Both the position numbers and the translations under genes were made by a program. A stretch of DNA of 63,660 nt, counting the filler, from Phoronis australis (taxonomy: Eukaryota; Animalia; Phoronida), in assembly GCA_002633005.1 (NCBI GenBank). It is 8 parts of 8 records of this genome, joined end to end, with 100 filler letters (N's around TTAATTAATTAA, not from the genome) between each part and the next. Parts side by side here need not be neighbours in the genome. Positions count along the whole stretch, not along the records: positions 1 to 3,411 come from NMRA01003036.1; positions 3,512 to 26,230 come from NMRA01001208.1; 6 more parts are not named here. One strand, written 5' to 3'. Below the pieces are notes generated by a model. That model had not been told where the DNA came from. It made no database searches and worked only from the letters and a program-made list of their open reading frames with translations. Position 1 is the first letter of the stretch; each line of letters begins with the position of its first letter. Positions 1 to 11,900 of the stretch are shown piece by piece.

Positions 1-153
1 CACTACTTAAACACATGCACTACTTAAACACATGCACTACTTAAACACATGCACTACTTAAACACATGCACTACTTAAACACATGCACTATTTAAACACA
101 TGTACTACTTAAACACATCCACTACTTAAACACATGCACTACTTAAACACATC
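1..153. repeat. 17-bp tandem minisatellite (CACTACTTAAACACATG)n, about 9 copies, in a CCDC22 intron
   Basis: Direct tandem copies from position 1 with few substitutions. Confidence 0.95.
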
Positions 154-244
154 CACATTAAAAGGGTAAAAATGGATGAGTTCACGTAAAAAGGGGTAAA
201 AAGTGGACTAATACAAAATACAGCAGAATATGCGAGTAAGACTG

Positions 245-320
245 AGGAGACGGCGTGGCTTAGTGGTTTGAGCTCTGTACTCCTGTTTGGGAGATCTGGA
301 TTCAGATCCTGGCTTCACTA
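245..320 (+). mobile_element. Possible decayed tRNA-derived SINE head
   Basis: Box-A-like TGGCTTAGTGG (256-266) and degenerate box-B-like GGATTCAGATCC (298-309) at tRNA-like spacing; no intact cloverleaf. Confidence 0.3.
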
Positions 321-583
321 GCTGACAACGGAGCATTACACAATTGTGTCTCCTCTAAGCTCGGTCTTACTAGTGAATATATGCAAGGGAGTGAATGAGA
401 ACCCGAATATAATGCGACAGCGATTTCTGGGGCTGTGCTCATATATATGCAAGTAAGACTCATAAAATTTCAAAGTCGAAACTACTCCCTTATACAATAG
501 ATAGTACAGCCATCAAACTTAATTTTTGGCATTCATTAGACACACAAACAATGAAAACCATGTGATTGCCCTGTTTATCTTAC

Positions 584-718
584 CTGGTCCTCTAAGTCCC
601 TGATTTCCCTCATAATGACACCAGTCTCTTCCACAGTCCTGATCAGCAGGTTACAGTTCTCATGAAGTGCTGCCAAGTACTTGTATGCCTTGCGAACAGA
701 TTCGTCTTTCTTGGCATC
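584..718 (-). CDS. CCDC22: CCDC22 internal exon (DAKKDESVRKAYKYLAALHENCNLLIRTVEETGVIMREIRDLEDQ)
   Basis: 135 nt, AG/GT bounded, phase 0; closely matches the CCDC22 C-terminal coiled coil (DAKKDDAVRKAYKYLAALHENC). Confidence 0.95.
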
Positions 719-1393
719 CTAACAAAAACCAGATGGGCTTGACAGGAAGGCAATTTAAGTAGTTCCATTCACTTGAAATTTGAAATATTGGCTTGTGCAT
801 AAAATAGGGAGTTTGTCTACAGCTTTCTCCCATAATTTGACATCACTGCACTGCTGTCTCCTTACAGAGGTGGTCATTTTGTTAGTGTATACCAGTAAGG
901 TCACACTCCAGGTTTACCAGTGAAACACTCGCAAAATCTTGCAGAACATCAGTGTGATCTTGACAAACTGACAAGATACTAGTCTTGGACAACTTAAGAC
1001 CCTTTCACACTAAACTCATTCTCAGAATATCCGAGTCCATCTTAAAATCATGATGCAAGAGATTGAGGATAGGCAGAGGGGAAGTTTGGGCAAAAACACG
1101 TGACACCGTCCACAAAGACCTCAGTCAGAGTGTAACAAGTGTTTCCAAATTTTAATGGGTTCCAACTCAGTATTAGTCTTTTGGGTCAAAATTCTAGAGA
1201 ACATGGCAACAACAATCTTGGTGTGATAGGGCCTTTAACTATCCATGTCTTGATAACTCTAAAATGAAGGCCAAGGCATACACACTTCGTCAGTTTGATT
1301 GTTAGGAAACTGCAACAATAAAAATTAAAATTTTAAAGAACCACAGCTTCCTAGTCTTGCTATAGCTGATGCTGTATATCTTGAGGACTTTAC

Positions 1394-1489
1394 CTTGAAT
1401 ATCAGTTCATCAGTTACGGTAAATGTGCGATCCAGTTTCCCTGTGAGCTGGTTTATTTCCTTCTGAACAGCCCGTGTGTCAATTAAAAT
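1394..1489 (-). CDS. CCDC22: CCDC22 internal exon (ILIDTRAVQKEINQLTGKLDRTFTVTDELIFK)
   Basis: 96 nt, CAG acceptor and GTAAAG donor; core of ORF 1325..1588; matches the GKLDRTFxVTDEL motif. Confidence 0.95.
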
Positions 1490-2300
1490 CTGTTGAAAAC
1501 AAATCAGTAACATCACACTCTTCACTGTGCTACCTGGGTGCGCAATGCTGATAGACACATTTTGAGCAAGGAAATATATTAGGTCCACTCTTGGTCAAAC
1601 AACCAAAAGTTACAATTGTAAAAACCCCAGTGGAAGAGTACCTTGCTGATAACATCTTGGCTGAAGGTAGATTTTGTTGGCCAATATACCTCCACAAACA
1701 GATACCTCAACTCTCCAGGGTACACCCCAAGTAAAACTGGGTCAATTAAGTCTAGGACATTAGGCTCAACACTATTTACATATTATTTACAGGAATAAAA
1801 CGTAATATGCTATCCAGAGGCTTAATAAAATTCGTGACTATTTCCGACCACATTGGACCCTTCCTCTGAGATAACTGATGTCAACCATCTCAAGCATCTA
1901 GCAGAGTGGTCGAAAACGTTTACTTATGAATAAGTGAACTGTGTCTTGACTGTGATAAAATACACCATGATTGTTCTGTTTGAGTGAAATATTTAACTCG
2001 TAAATTAGCTGTCAGAACACAACAGTGTTAGCTGCTCACAATATCCGACAAAAATACTCAGACAAAATATGGTTTCCCATCACAATGGCTAACTCTGTTA
2101 ACAACAAAAACAATTAGTGATAACTACTATGACGGCAAAATTTTATTTATTGAATGACTTTATCACCACTTTCTTAACTTTTCGGATAATTCTCCTTCAT
2201 TCTGCCATGAGGGACGGCTATTCTGATGAAGAACTCAGCTTCTGTTCAGCTGTTTTGATGGGGAATCATTTTGTCTTAATACTTAAGAGATGTACTGCAC

Positions 2301-2408
2301 CTTTCCAATGTCTTCCTTCTGTTTCTTAATATTGCCGACTATTTCCAGAATTCTGCGCGTATATGCTGAGCGGTTGACATCTCGGGTCATGCGATCGTAT
2401 TCCGACAC
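2301..2408 (-). CDS. CCDC22: CCDC22 internal exon (VSEYDRMTRDVNRSAYTRRILEIVGNIKKQKEDIGK)
   Basis: 108 nt, TAG acceptor and GT donor; matches the AYTxRILEIVGNIxKQKEEI motif. Confidence 0.95.
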
Positions 2409-2794
2409 CTAGATGGTACAGAAGAACATTATGCTCATTTTCAATAATAAAGCTGGATTATAGCAACTTCTGTTCAAATGATGTTCATGGCACTCAACAA
2501 ACATGGCAATGCATGGTAATTTATTAATGACAAAAGTGCTGCAATAGTTTGCTTCAAAGATTCTACCAGACTTTTCTCAATATTTGATGACATTCATTAA
2601 CTCAGAACAATATCCAAACCTTTTGCCTGCTCACATCATCGTCACCTCCGCATGGAAATACGAGCCGTATCACGGACAAAGGATTAAGGCAAATCCAAAA
2701 TCCATCATACAAAATAAGGATACTGAATAAACACGGTCTTGTTAAAATATTCACTGTGGCCCAGGAGTGATTAACAGAAAAACGAGACACTCAA

Positions 2795-2890
2795 ACACAC
2801 ACACAGACAGACAGACACACAGACAGACAGACACACAGACAGACAGACAGACACACAGACAGACACACACACAGACACACAGACAGACAC
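2795..2890. repeat. Compound (CA)/(CAGA) microsatellite
   Basis: Interspersed ACAC and AGAC units; source of the spurious CLSV-repeat ORF 2791..3018. Confidence 0.95.
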
Positions 2891-3115
2891 TGGATTGGAG
2901 AATCTGCTGTCATCACACAAGTTAAAGAATGGCTATTTATAGAACTCAATGTTTTCATTTCGGATATAAAACTGCCAAATCTTGTTTTTAATGCTACATG
3001 TTGTGAGCAAGACTTCAAATGATGTAACAGTCATTAACATCTTTCAGTATGCAAAATTAAAGTCTGAGTTCTTTTAACATGTTTTCTGCAAGTGGAGGTA
3101 GCCTTTGACTCTCAC

Positions 3116-3217
3116 CAACTGTTTATGAAGACTGTCTTTGGTCCGCGTCTCCTCAGCAACAGTCTTCATCTTCTCCCTCAGGATTTTGATCTCCTCAACC
3201 TTCTTTTGAGCTAACGA
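3116..3217 (-). CDS. CCDC22: CCDC22 internal exon (SLAQKKVEEIKILREKMKTVAEETRTKDSLHKQL)
   Basis: 102 nt, CAG acceptor and GTGAG donor, in phase with the next three exons; gene truncated upstream by the linker. Confidence 0.9.
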
Positions 3218-3411
3218 CTGAAGTGACAGAAAATGAACACAAAATGAATTTTAGTAGTGTTGGTCACTAGCGACACCTACTTGCCAATAGGTTCATCACT
3301 GGATGGAGGGTAGTCAGTAAGTGCTTTCTCAAGACAGATTCTGCTTGGCAACACAGTTAAGACTACATGCCATTTATCATAATGATAACTTGAACTTGAC
3401 ACACTGTTGAC

Positions 3412-3511
3412 NNNNNNNNNNNNNNNNNNNNNNNNNNNNNNNNNNNNNNNNNNNNTTAATTAATTAANNNNNNNNNNNNNNNNNNNNNNNNNNNNNNNNN
3501 NNNNNNNNNNN
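3412..3511. other. Artificial scaffold linker N44-TTAATTAATTAA-N44
   Basis: Exactly 100 bp with stops in all six frames; repeated seven times in the window. Confidence 0.97.
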
Positions 3512-4952
3512 TTCAATTGACCAATCAGAAGCCTCCAATAAACCGACCAGTCAGAGGCCTCCATTCAATTGACCAATCAGAGACCTCCTTTCAACCGACC
3601 AATCGGTAGCCTCCATTGAACTGACCAATCACAGGCCTCCATTCAAAAAAAGATGGGAAGAATCAAAAACAGGCCAGAGAAAGTAAAAAAAGTTTGGTAG
3701 GAAAAGAATAAAAGGCGGGAAAAATAAAAAGCGGGAAAAAAGGTGGGAAAAAAAGACCAATCAGAAGCCTCCATTGAACCGACCAATCACAGCCTTCCTT
3801 TCAACCGACCTATCAGAAGCCTCCAATAAACCGATCAATCAGAACCTTCTTTTCAACCGACCAATCAGAAGCCTCCATTGAATCGACCAATCAGAAGCCT
3901 CCATTGAACCGACCAATTAGAGGCCTCCATTGAATCGACCAATCAGAAGCCTCCATTCAATTGACCAATCAGAAGCCTCCAATAAACCGACCAGTCAGAG
4001 GCCTCCATTCAATTGACCAATCAGAGACCTCCTTTCAACCGACCAATCGGTAGCCTCCATTGAACTGACCAATCAGAGGCCTCCATTCAAAAAAGGATGG
4101 GAAGAATCAAAAACAGGCCACAAAAAGTAAAAAAAGTTTGGTAGGAAAAGAATAAAAGGCGGGAAAAATAAAAAGCGGGAAAAAGGTGGGAAAAAAAGAC
4201 CAACCAGAAGCCTCCATTGAACCGACCAATCAGAAGCCTCCATTGAACCGACCAATCACAGCCTTCCTTTCAACCGACCTATCAGAAGCCTCCAATAAAC
4301 CGATCAATCAGAACCTTCTTTTCAACCGACCAATCAGAAGCCTCCATTGAATCGACCAATCAGAAGCCTCCATTGAACCGACCAATCAGAGGCCTCCATT
4401 GAATCGACCAATCAGAAGCCTCCATTGAACGGACCAATCAGAAGCCTCCAATAAACCAACCAATCAGAGGCCTCCATTCAATTGACCAATCAGAAGCCTC
4501 CATTCAATTGACCAATCAGAAGCCTCCAATAAACCGACCAGTCAGAGGCCTCCATTCAAAAAAGGATGGGAAGAATCAAAAACAGGCCAGAAAAAGTAAA
4601 AAAAGTTTGGTAGGAAAAGAATAAAAGGCAGGAAAAATAAAAAGCGGGAAAAAAGGTGGGAAAAAAAGACCAATCAGAAGCCTCCATTGAACCGACCAAT
4701 CACAAGCCTCCATTGAACCGACCAATCACAGCCTTCCTTTCAACCGACCTATCAGAAGCCTCCAATAAACCAACCAATCAGAGGCCTCCATTCAATTGAC
4801 CAATCAGAAGCCTCCATTGAATCGACCAATCAGAAGCCTCCATTGAATCGACCAATCAGAGGCCTCCATTGAATCGACCAATCAGAAGCCTCCATTGAAC
4901 GGACCAATCAGAGGCCTCCATTGAATCGACCAATCAGAAGCCTCCATTGAAN
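3512..4952. repeat. Higher-order tandem array of a 26-bp CCAAT monomer (GACCAATCAGAAGCCTCCATTGAACC) punctuated by three ~110-bp purine-rich blocks
   Basis: Roughly 40 monomers; blocks at about 3645-3755, 4089-4198 and 4558-4668, giving a period of about 445-470 bp; bounded by linker and gap. Confidence 0.93.
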
Positions 4953-5208
4953 NNNNNNNNNNNNNNNNNNNNNNNNNNNNNNNNNNNNNNNNNNNNNNNN
5001 NNNNNNNNNNNNNNNNNNNNNNNNNNNNNNNNNNNNNNNNNNNNNNNNNNNNNNNNNNNNNNNNNNNNNNNNNNNNNNNNNNNNNNNNNNNNNNNNNNNN
5101 NNNNNNNNNNNNNNNNNNNNNNNNNNNNNNNNNNNNNNNNNNNNNNNNNNNNNNNNNNNNNNNNNNNNNNNNNNNNNNNNNNNNNNNNNNNNNNNNNNNN
5201 NNNNNNNN

Positions 5209-6567
5209 GGAAGGCAAAAAGAGCAACTCAGCAACACATGGATGACATCAAGAAAGACTGCAGCTTAGTCAGCTTTTTGTAGCTAGTCAATTTTTAGAAG
5301 CTAACCTGGATGATTTTCTTATGCATGAGAATCATTCTTGGCCACCATCCCTGAACCAAAACGGCAGTCTCCGTTTACCTTCACAGAAGTCACAGTTACT
5401 TAACATGTTGGAATTTCCTCATCCAGACGTTCCTGAATCCGTCGATGTCAAAGTCTTTGATCGACCAGCTATTGTGCACAGCTTTTCTCCACACTAATCA
5501 GTGACATTCGAACAGTTCGGTGGGCACATTCTAAACTTCACAACTCTAGTAGAGTTGACATTGTGTTTGCAGATGCTTACACCGAAGGCAGCTTGAAGGC
5601 CACCGCAAAAGCTGATAGAGGTTCGGGTGACCTTGCCTAAGTTTCACCCCAAATGCGACTGTCTGAACTTCCAGAATTTCTTGCAAAACTCGAAGAATAA
5701 AGAGGAATTGTTTGACAATCACCTGTTCTCCAGAACAAGATATATATGTTACCTACGGCCAGTCTGTTCTTTCCTCTGGTTCTGACATACCGCCGTGCGA
5801 TCATGAGGAGTCGGACACCCCTATGGGCTTGTACATTGCAGACGTTTCATCAAAGGTAATCAGAGAATACTGGTTACTACAGTGGATACTGATGTTGTGG
5901 TCCTTCTTTTTGGTGTTTTGATCAGTTTAAAGCTTTGCAGCCAGCAATTCTAGTACGGGTAGTGGTTAAAGCTGGAGAGAACGCGCGGGAGCTCTTTGCC
6001 AGTAGCGTGTTTGACCAGGTTGGGTACGATTTGTGTGTAGCTCTACCAGTTTCATGCCTTAACAGGGTCGGATACAACATCCCAGTTCTATGGAGAAGGA
6101 AAGAAAACAGCATGGAAGACATGGAAAGCTAACCCTGGTGCTACTCAGGCATTCTCATGCCGGCAATTTTAATTCCTTTCAGCATCTCACCATCGACAGT
6201 CAGGAGTTCAAAACAAATGACATTTACATGTCTCGTTTATCATCGAAAAGCCAAAACCACCCACAAAAGGAGCTTTCCCCCAAAAGTTCAGATCATGCCA
6301 AATTTATCGCTTACCCAATCTCCACTGATAAAGAATGTTAACAAATGCTTGTATCAAGCTGGCAGAGGGGTCCAGAGGGGTTTGGATGGTAGAGAGACAC
6401 AGACCAACAATGGACACCAGGCTGGACAGACATGCCTGAAGTCTCCAAAGCTGATAAGCTGCTCACTAAGTGTGGTTGCAAGAGTTTACAACTATGCGGC
6501 AAGTGATGTGGATGTGATTCCTTAGCATGCACAACGCTTAGCAAATGCCAGGGAACATGTCAGTGAC
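5209..6567 (+). pseudogene. Decayed AcademX-like transposon ORF (XPG/FEN1-like nuclease plus C-terminal Cys-rich finger)
   Basis: Motifs in order across frameshifts: FLMHENHSWPPSL..GSLR..KSQLL, VKVFD, RVDIVF..Y..SLK, FLANSKNKEEL, CDHEESDT, DTDVVVL, a FHA-like segment, YQA, GW, then a terminal Cys cluster. Many stops. Confidence 0.7.
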
Positions 6568-9129
6568 ATCGTGGTTCGTTTTGGCGCAAAGGAACAGACG
6601 ATAGTGCTAATTGAATTATGTGAGCTACAGTGACAATTTGACATTAATCCGTTTTATTGTGTTGATATTATAAGCAGTTGACAATCGGTTTATATTATGT
6701 AGACAGGAGCTAGAACAAGCATATTAACGTCATTTATCAAAGATGGCCTCCGAGTTTTTGGTAGTCTGTCAAGTGCTATGCATATATTGGTCTCTTTATC
6801 ATAACATCAACCGAATTTTCATAATAATTGTACAAATTAATGATAAATCGAGTTCACTTTTGGTAAAAGAACCTATTTGTTTTTGTATTATTAGTCTTGC
6901 ACCAGATCAAAATAGATGCTTTTGTACATGCTATGAACATTCCCACTAAATAAAATTGGTTCTAACCCCGGTGTTTAAGGTAAACGGCGGGGTATGGAAA
7001 ATTGAACTAGACCGTATTTATCCACCTTGGCTGAGACGCGCTCGGCTCATGGTCAAAGGGATGCCGCCAAGCTGCTCTATTCATCGAGTCACGAGCGAGG
7101 ATAATTGACTTCGCTCATGCGGATATGATCAGCTGATTACAGTCTAGCCTAACAACTGTACTTTTTATGGAGAGAATTTTACGTAGTTTTTACTGTAATA
7201 TTTGAAAAGAGGAGCGAAAACAAATACGAATACAACTTTGAATTTTTCAAATCGGCCCAGGATAAGAGATTTTGCAACACAGAAACACTCACGATTACTT
7301 TCATTCGGCGCGCACGAATACAAAAATATAGGACCCAAGTTAGGATTGTATAAATGTAGAACTACTCCGTGTGTTATTTAGGTTTTGGAAAAAATGCATT
7401 TTAATACTCAAAATACGTTTTGTATAGCTATTACAAGCTCTAAAACGACTTTGTGTAATTTCATTGAGATCGTTCTTTGTCATCCGTCAAACCGGAAACT
7501 TCCGAGNNNNNNNNNNNNNNNNNNNNNNNNNNNNNNNNNNNNNNNNNNNNNNNNNNNNNNNNNNNNNNNNNNNNNNNNNNNNNNNNNNNNNNNNNNNNNN
7601 NNNNNNNNNNNNNNNNNNNNNNNNNNNNNNNNNNNNNNNNNNNNNNNNNNNNNNNNNNNNNNNNNNNNNNNNNNNNNNNNNNNNNNNNNNNNNNNNNNNN
7701 NNNNNNNNNNNNNNNNNNNNNNNNNNNNNNNNNNNNNNNNNNNNNNNNNNNNNNNNNNNNNNNNNNNNNNNNNNNNNNNNNNNNNNNNNNNNNNNNNNNN
7801 NNNNNNNNNNNNNNNNNNNNNNNNNNNNNNNNNNNNNNNNNNNNNNNNNNNNNNNNNNNNNNNNNNNNNNNNNNNNNNNNNNNNNNNNNNNNNNNNNNNN
7901 NNNNNNNNNNNNNNNNNNNNNNNNNNNNNNNNNNNNNNNNNNNNNNNNNNNNNNNNNNNNNNNNNNNNNNNNNNNNNNNNNNNNNNNNNNNNNNNNNNNN
8001 NNNNNNNNNNNNNNNNNNNNNNNNNNNNNNNNNNNNNNNNNNNNNNNNNNNNNNNNNNNNNNNNNNNNNNNNNNNNNNNNNNNNNNNNNNNNNNNNNNNN
8101 NNNNNNNNNNNNNNNNNNNNNNNNNNNNNNNNNNNNNNNNNNNNNNNNNNNNNNNNNNNNNNNNNNNNNNNNNNNNNNNNNNNNNNNNNNNNNNNNNNNN
8201 NNNNNNNNNNNNNNNNNNCACATTTAAACACGATGCAAGAAGGGATAATTTCAGTCATACTTGCGTAATAGCGTAGATATGAATGATTCGTTAGCATTCC
8301 ACGTGGTTTGGACGTTCACTATTGCTTATGCATGCAGGCGCAGTCTTCCTATAAATGACTCATGCTGACCCAGTTTGCAATCTAATGTCATGTAAATACA
8401 ACTTGAAGTGGGGCATGTGGTAAAAGTGGAGTAAACGGGTCCCTTCAAAATGGCTTCAGAGAACCAGTTTCACTGAATAACAGACATTGCCGTTATTTAG
8501 TGAAAACTGGTTAGACTCTTACTAACAAGACAATCTGCCTCAAAACATGTAATGTAAATGTGATTACTAATGAAAATATTATGTTATGTTTAGACTTAAA
8601 AGATAAAATTGTCAAACTTTGATGATCTCATACTCAAGACACAAACGGAAATATTGTTCATACAACTTCTTGAACTCAGAAAATCTTTTATACTTTAAAT
8701 TTCATGGTTTTATTGAGACCTTAAAAAACCTTTAGTCCAAACACATACATATATTTACCAGTGGGTTATCTTTATGCAAAGTGTTACACTCAAGTTCACT
8801 GCTTCATTCAGATATTGTTCTATTTCAGTGACACTTGTCCACACTGGCCAACCTCAATGTTTTCACCTGTTGTAATTGAATACTACAGGTGAGTCATTCT
8901 GTGTACAAGCGACATTCCATGAGTGAAGTCACCTGCAACAGACATCACTTCAGACTTAACCAAAACATCTGGGTCATCCATTCAGCCCAAAGTAGTTCCA
9001 GAGGTGGCTTATCAGCCAATTATTCACGCATGCTGACTCACAATAGAAGCCTGATAAGAGTGAAGGTGGATAAATGCGGTGTTCCTACAGTTTCTTGTTT
9101 TAGTGGATGTGTTCACGACATGAAAATTG

Positions 9130-9459
9130 TAGTTGGTTCGTTAAATTTTGGCCGCCATATTGGATTTATGCAAATGAGGGGTTTTCATATTATAAGGAAA
9201 ATATATTGCAATGTCATTTTGTTAGAATTCTAGTTAAGAAAGTACCATTACCTAGCCTTAAAATGTGTGATCACCTCTTTAAGCAACCAAAGAAGTGTTA
9301 CTTGGCGGCCATTTTGTTTTTCAAGGTTTGACCTTGACCTTGACCTCAAAATTTGGGCAACCGACCCCCATGAGATTCAGCATGTCAAAAAGTAACAGTG
9401 TGCCAAATTAGGTGCTTTAATCCGAGGTGTAAACGTTTTCGGGTTAAGGGCCTGGACTA
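9130..9459. mobile_element. End fragment of a non-autonomous DNA transposon with an Academ-like CTA terminus, in a ferlin intron
   Basis: Ends ...GTGCCAAATTAGGTGCTTTAATCC...GGGCCTGGACTA, with internal GGCGGCCATTTTG-type motifs; family call from recall only. Confidence 0.35.
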
Positions 9460-9699
9460 TAACACATGTGATCAAACAAACTTAACTGCAGAATGCTGGA
9501 CTAAAAGTAATCTTTTTGCATGGTTAACCAAGTTAGCTTATTAAAGGAAGAGTGTAATTTTTAATTACTTTGTGCATGTTTTTGTTTTGATTTTTTAGCT
9601 AGATTGTTCCAAAGCCGTGTAGCTATACAATTTGGTAGCTCGACAGTTGAGGTTACCATGGCAGCCACTGTCAATTAATGGCACCTTTGGTTTTTGCAG

Positions 9700-9870
9700 A
9701 ATGTTTGAGATGACGACAACCATCCCAATACAGAAGGACCTACTCATTCAGGTCATGGACTATGACCTTTTATCCACTGATGACATCATAGGGGAGACTG
9801 TCATTGACTTGGAAAACCGTTACCTGACCAAGTTCAGAGCTACCTGCGGTCTGCCAGCACAGTATCACAT
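9700..9870 (+). CDS. Ferlin (myoferlin/dysferlin-like) exon, C2E domain
   Basis: CAG acceptor and GTAAG donor; [52 protein letters not shown] matches the ferlin DYD..DE.IGET.IDLENR..CGLP motif. Confidence 0.92.
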
Positions 9871-10331
9871 GTAAGTTTGGTGTAGGTGAATTTGCCACTG
9901 TTGTCGTGACCTAAGACTTTTATGGGAATGTTCATCATTGGCTCCTCAGGTGAGGCAATTGTTTGGATGGTTTGTGCATAAGTTATCTGTTGTCTGTGCT
10001 CTCAGTTTGATTTTAGTATATCTTGTATTGCTTTGTGCCCTTTGTGTAAGGGTCATGACCTGTGACCTCTAATCTGCTGGTGACTCATGCTGTCAACATT
10101 AACAAGACAAGACTAGTGAAATAACGTGAAAGTTTGGTCATAAATGATAGGTAAACAATTCGTTCTAAGTACAGTCTATGCTGAAACTGAGACTTTTAAA
10201 GAAAATTCATGGTTTCCATTAACTTAATTATTTCAAAATCAATTTGCTGTGAAATCCAACCAAACCGTTGTTCAATGTGTGTTACATTTCCACTTTTGAG
10301 TTGACTTAGTTAGCCCATTGTCTTGTTATAG

Positions 10332-10477
10332 TTCTGGGCCGAATGCCTGGAGAGATTCCAAGCGTCCTAGAGAGATCCTGGAAGATTATTGTGCTAAAAA
10401 CTGGATGGAGCCACCTGAACTCCATGGCAACAATGCATTCAAAGTGGGCAATAAAATCTACAAGTTATCGGATTTTG
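10332..10477 (+). CDS. Ferlin exon (SGPNAWRDSKRPREILEDYC...YKLSDF)
   Basis: Phase matches the previous exon (AT|T); ferlin SG.N.WRD..RP..IL motif; GT donor at 10478. Confidence 0.9.
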
Positions 10478-10772
10478 GTGGGTTTTCTTTCCGAAGTGTT
10501 TCTTGTTATGTGTTTGGATATTTTATTTTATTTTTTTGTTATAATTAAGATATGTTTTGTTAAGAGTGCAGATCTTAGGCCTTGTATTTGTTTTGTTCTT
10601 TTTGTTTTCTCTGTATTAATCTTAGGCCTGCACCAGTTAATGACATCTTTTCAGTCCATAATGTACGGTAAAATTGGATATACTAATTCACTTTATGGAA
10701 ATCTTTAAAATTTGAGCAGACTTTTAAACATTGCTTTGTATGTGACATCAACCATGAGTTGTTCAATTTTAG

Positions 10773-10912
10773 AAGGAAACCTCGCGGACAATCCGCACAT
10801 GGGTATTCCCGAAGAAAGGCTCGCACTTCACATTCTAAACACCTTCCCATTGGTTCCTGAACACATCGAGACACGACCTCTGTACAATCCTCTGCAGCCA
10901 TCTATTGAGCAG
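10773..10912 (+). CDS. Ferlin exon ([46 protein letters not shown])
   Basis: Phase matches (G|AA); hallmark [24 protein letters not shown] motif. Confidence 0.92.
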
Positions 10913-11426
10913 GTACAGAACTGCATGACTCATTGTGGACAGTGTTGTGACTTAGTTATGAAAGCAAAATAGAATGAGTTGTAATAACTGACTGATGGCT
11001 TCCTTAGTTTTAAATTGTTAAGCTATTTTACATCAAAGGATCGAGTTTTTGTTTTGATGGAAGTCTATTGAAGCTACATTGAGCCCTGCTTTCGTGGATC
11101 AATAACTGTCAATGTCAAAATAAGGAAGAATTAAAGAAAGAAACAGATTGCTCTGCCGAAAATAATACCTTTGACCTATGACCTCCGTAGTACAGACCCC
11201 ACTATTACCATAGAAAATGAGAAATGTTAATTTGCCTTATTTCACCTAAAATTGAACCAAAACGTTCGACACGGGGCATCTTGTGAAACTGAACATTCCG
11301 TCATGATAGTTACACTACCTAATCAGCAGCCCAACGTACCTTTAAGATAAATTTAACAAATTACAAGTAATCACCATGGTAAGCCATAGAGTTACCTCCA
11401 TCAACATCGGAAGGTGTTCAACATAN

Positions 11427-11900
11427 TTTGACTAAAAATGTCTACATGTACGTCCACTTTAGAGACGGTTTTTGAATTGTGATGAGGGTTTTTTCCGTAC
11501 CAAGTTGTCACGAAGTCGCCATAGCAAGTATCGAGGTCAGAGAACAATTCTCTTTAAATTTGCTTCAATCTTTGCGTATGTGCTGACTTCCAAAGTTTAA
11601 GGTACATGTACATATAGTAAAGTTTTCCGATATTTGTCCCTTTCGCTTTACAATTGTTTCGTTTATTTCATGAATTCAGCGCATTTGTCACCACGTTTAA
11701 ATTGCAACACGTAGTCAATAGACAGAAGTCGAAATTTTCAAAAAAAATTGTCCAGAACTAATTTATAAAACGAAACGATTACTGACAATGTTTGGAAGTC
11801 AAATAGCAAGGCAAACTCCGAGAATTTGACTTAAAATGTCTACAAGTACGTCCAATTTAAAGACGGTTTTTGAATTGTGATGAGGGTTTTTTCCGTACCA
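11427..11900. repeat. Two ~75-bp direct repeats (11427-11502 and 11825-11900)
   Basis: TTTGACT..AATGTCTACA.GTACGTCCA.TTTA.AGACGGTTTTTGAATTGTGATGAGGGTTTTTTCCGTACCA occurs twice; the first copy starts at a single-N join. Confidence 0.85.

Noticed and set aside
245-320. Functional tRNA gene
   Set aside because: Box A/B-like motifs are present, but I could not fold a consistent acceptor or anticodon stem.
3512-4952. CRISPR-like array (26-bp repeats)
   Set aside because: Repeats are head-to-tail with no unique spacers, the longer blocks are copies of each other, there are no cas genes, and the DNA is eukaryotic.
4882-8297. Long ORFs composed mostly of X
   Set aside because: Artefacts of N gaps at 4953-5208 and 7507-8218.
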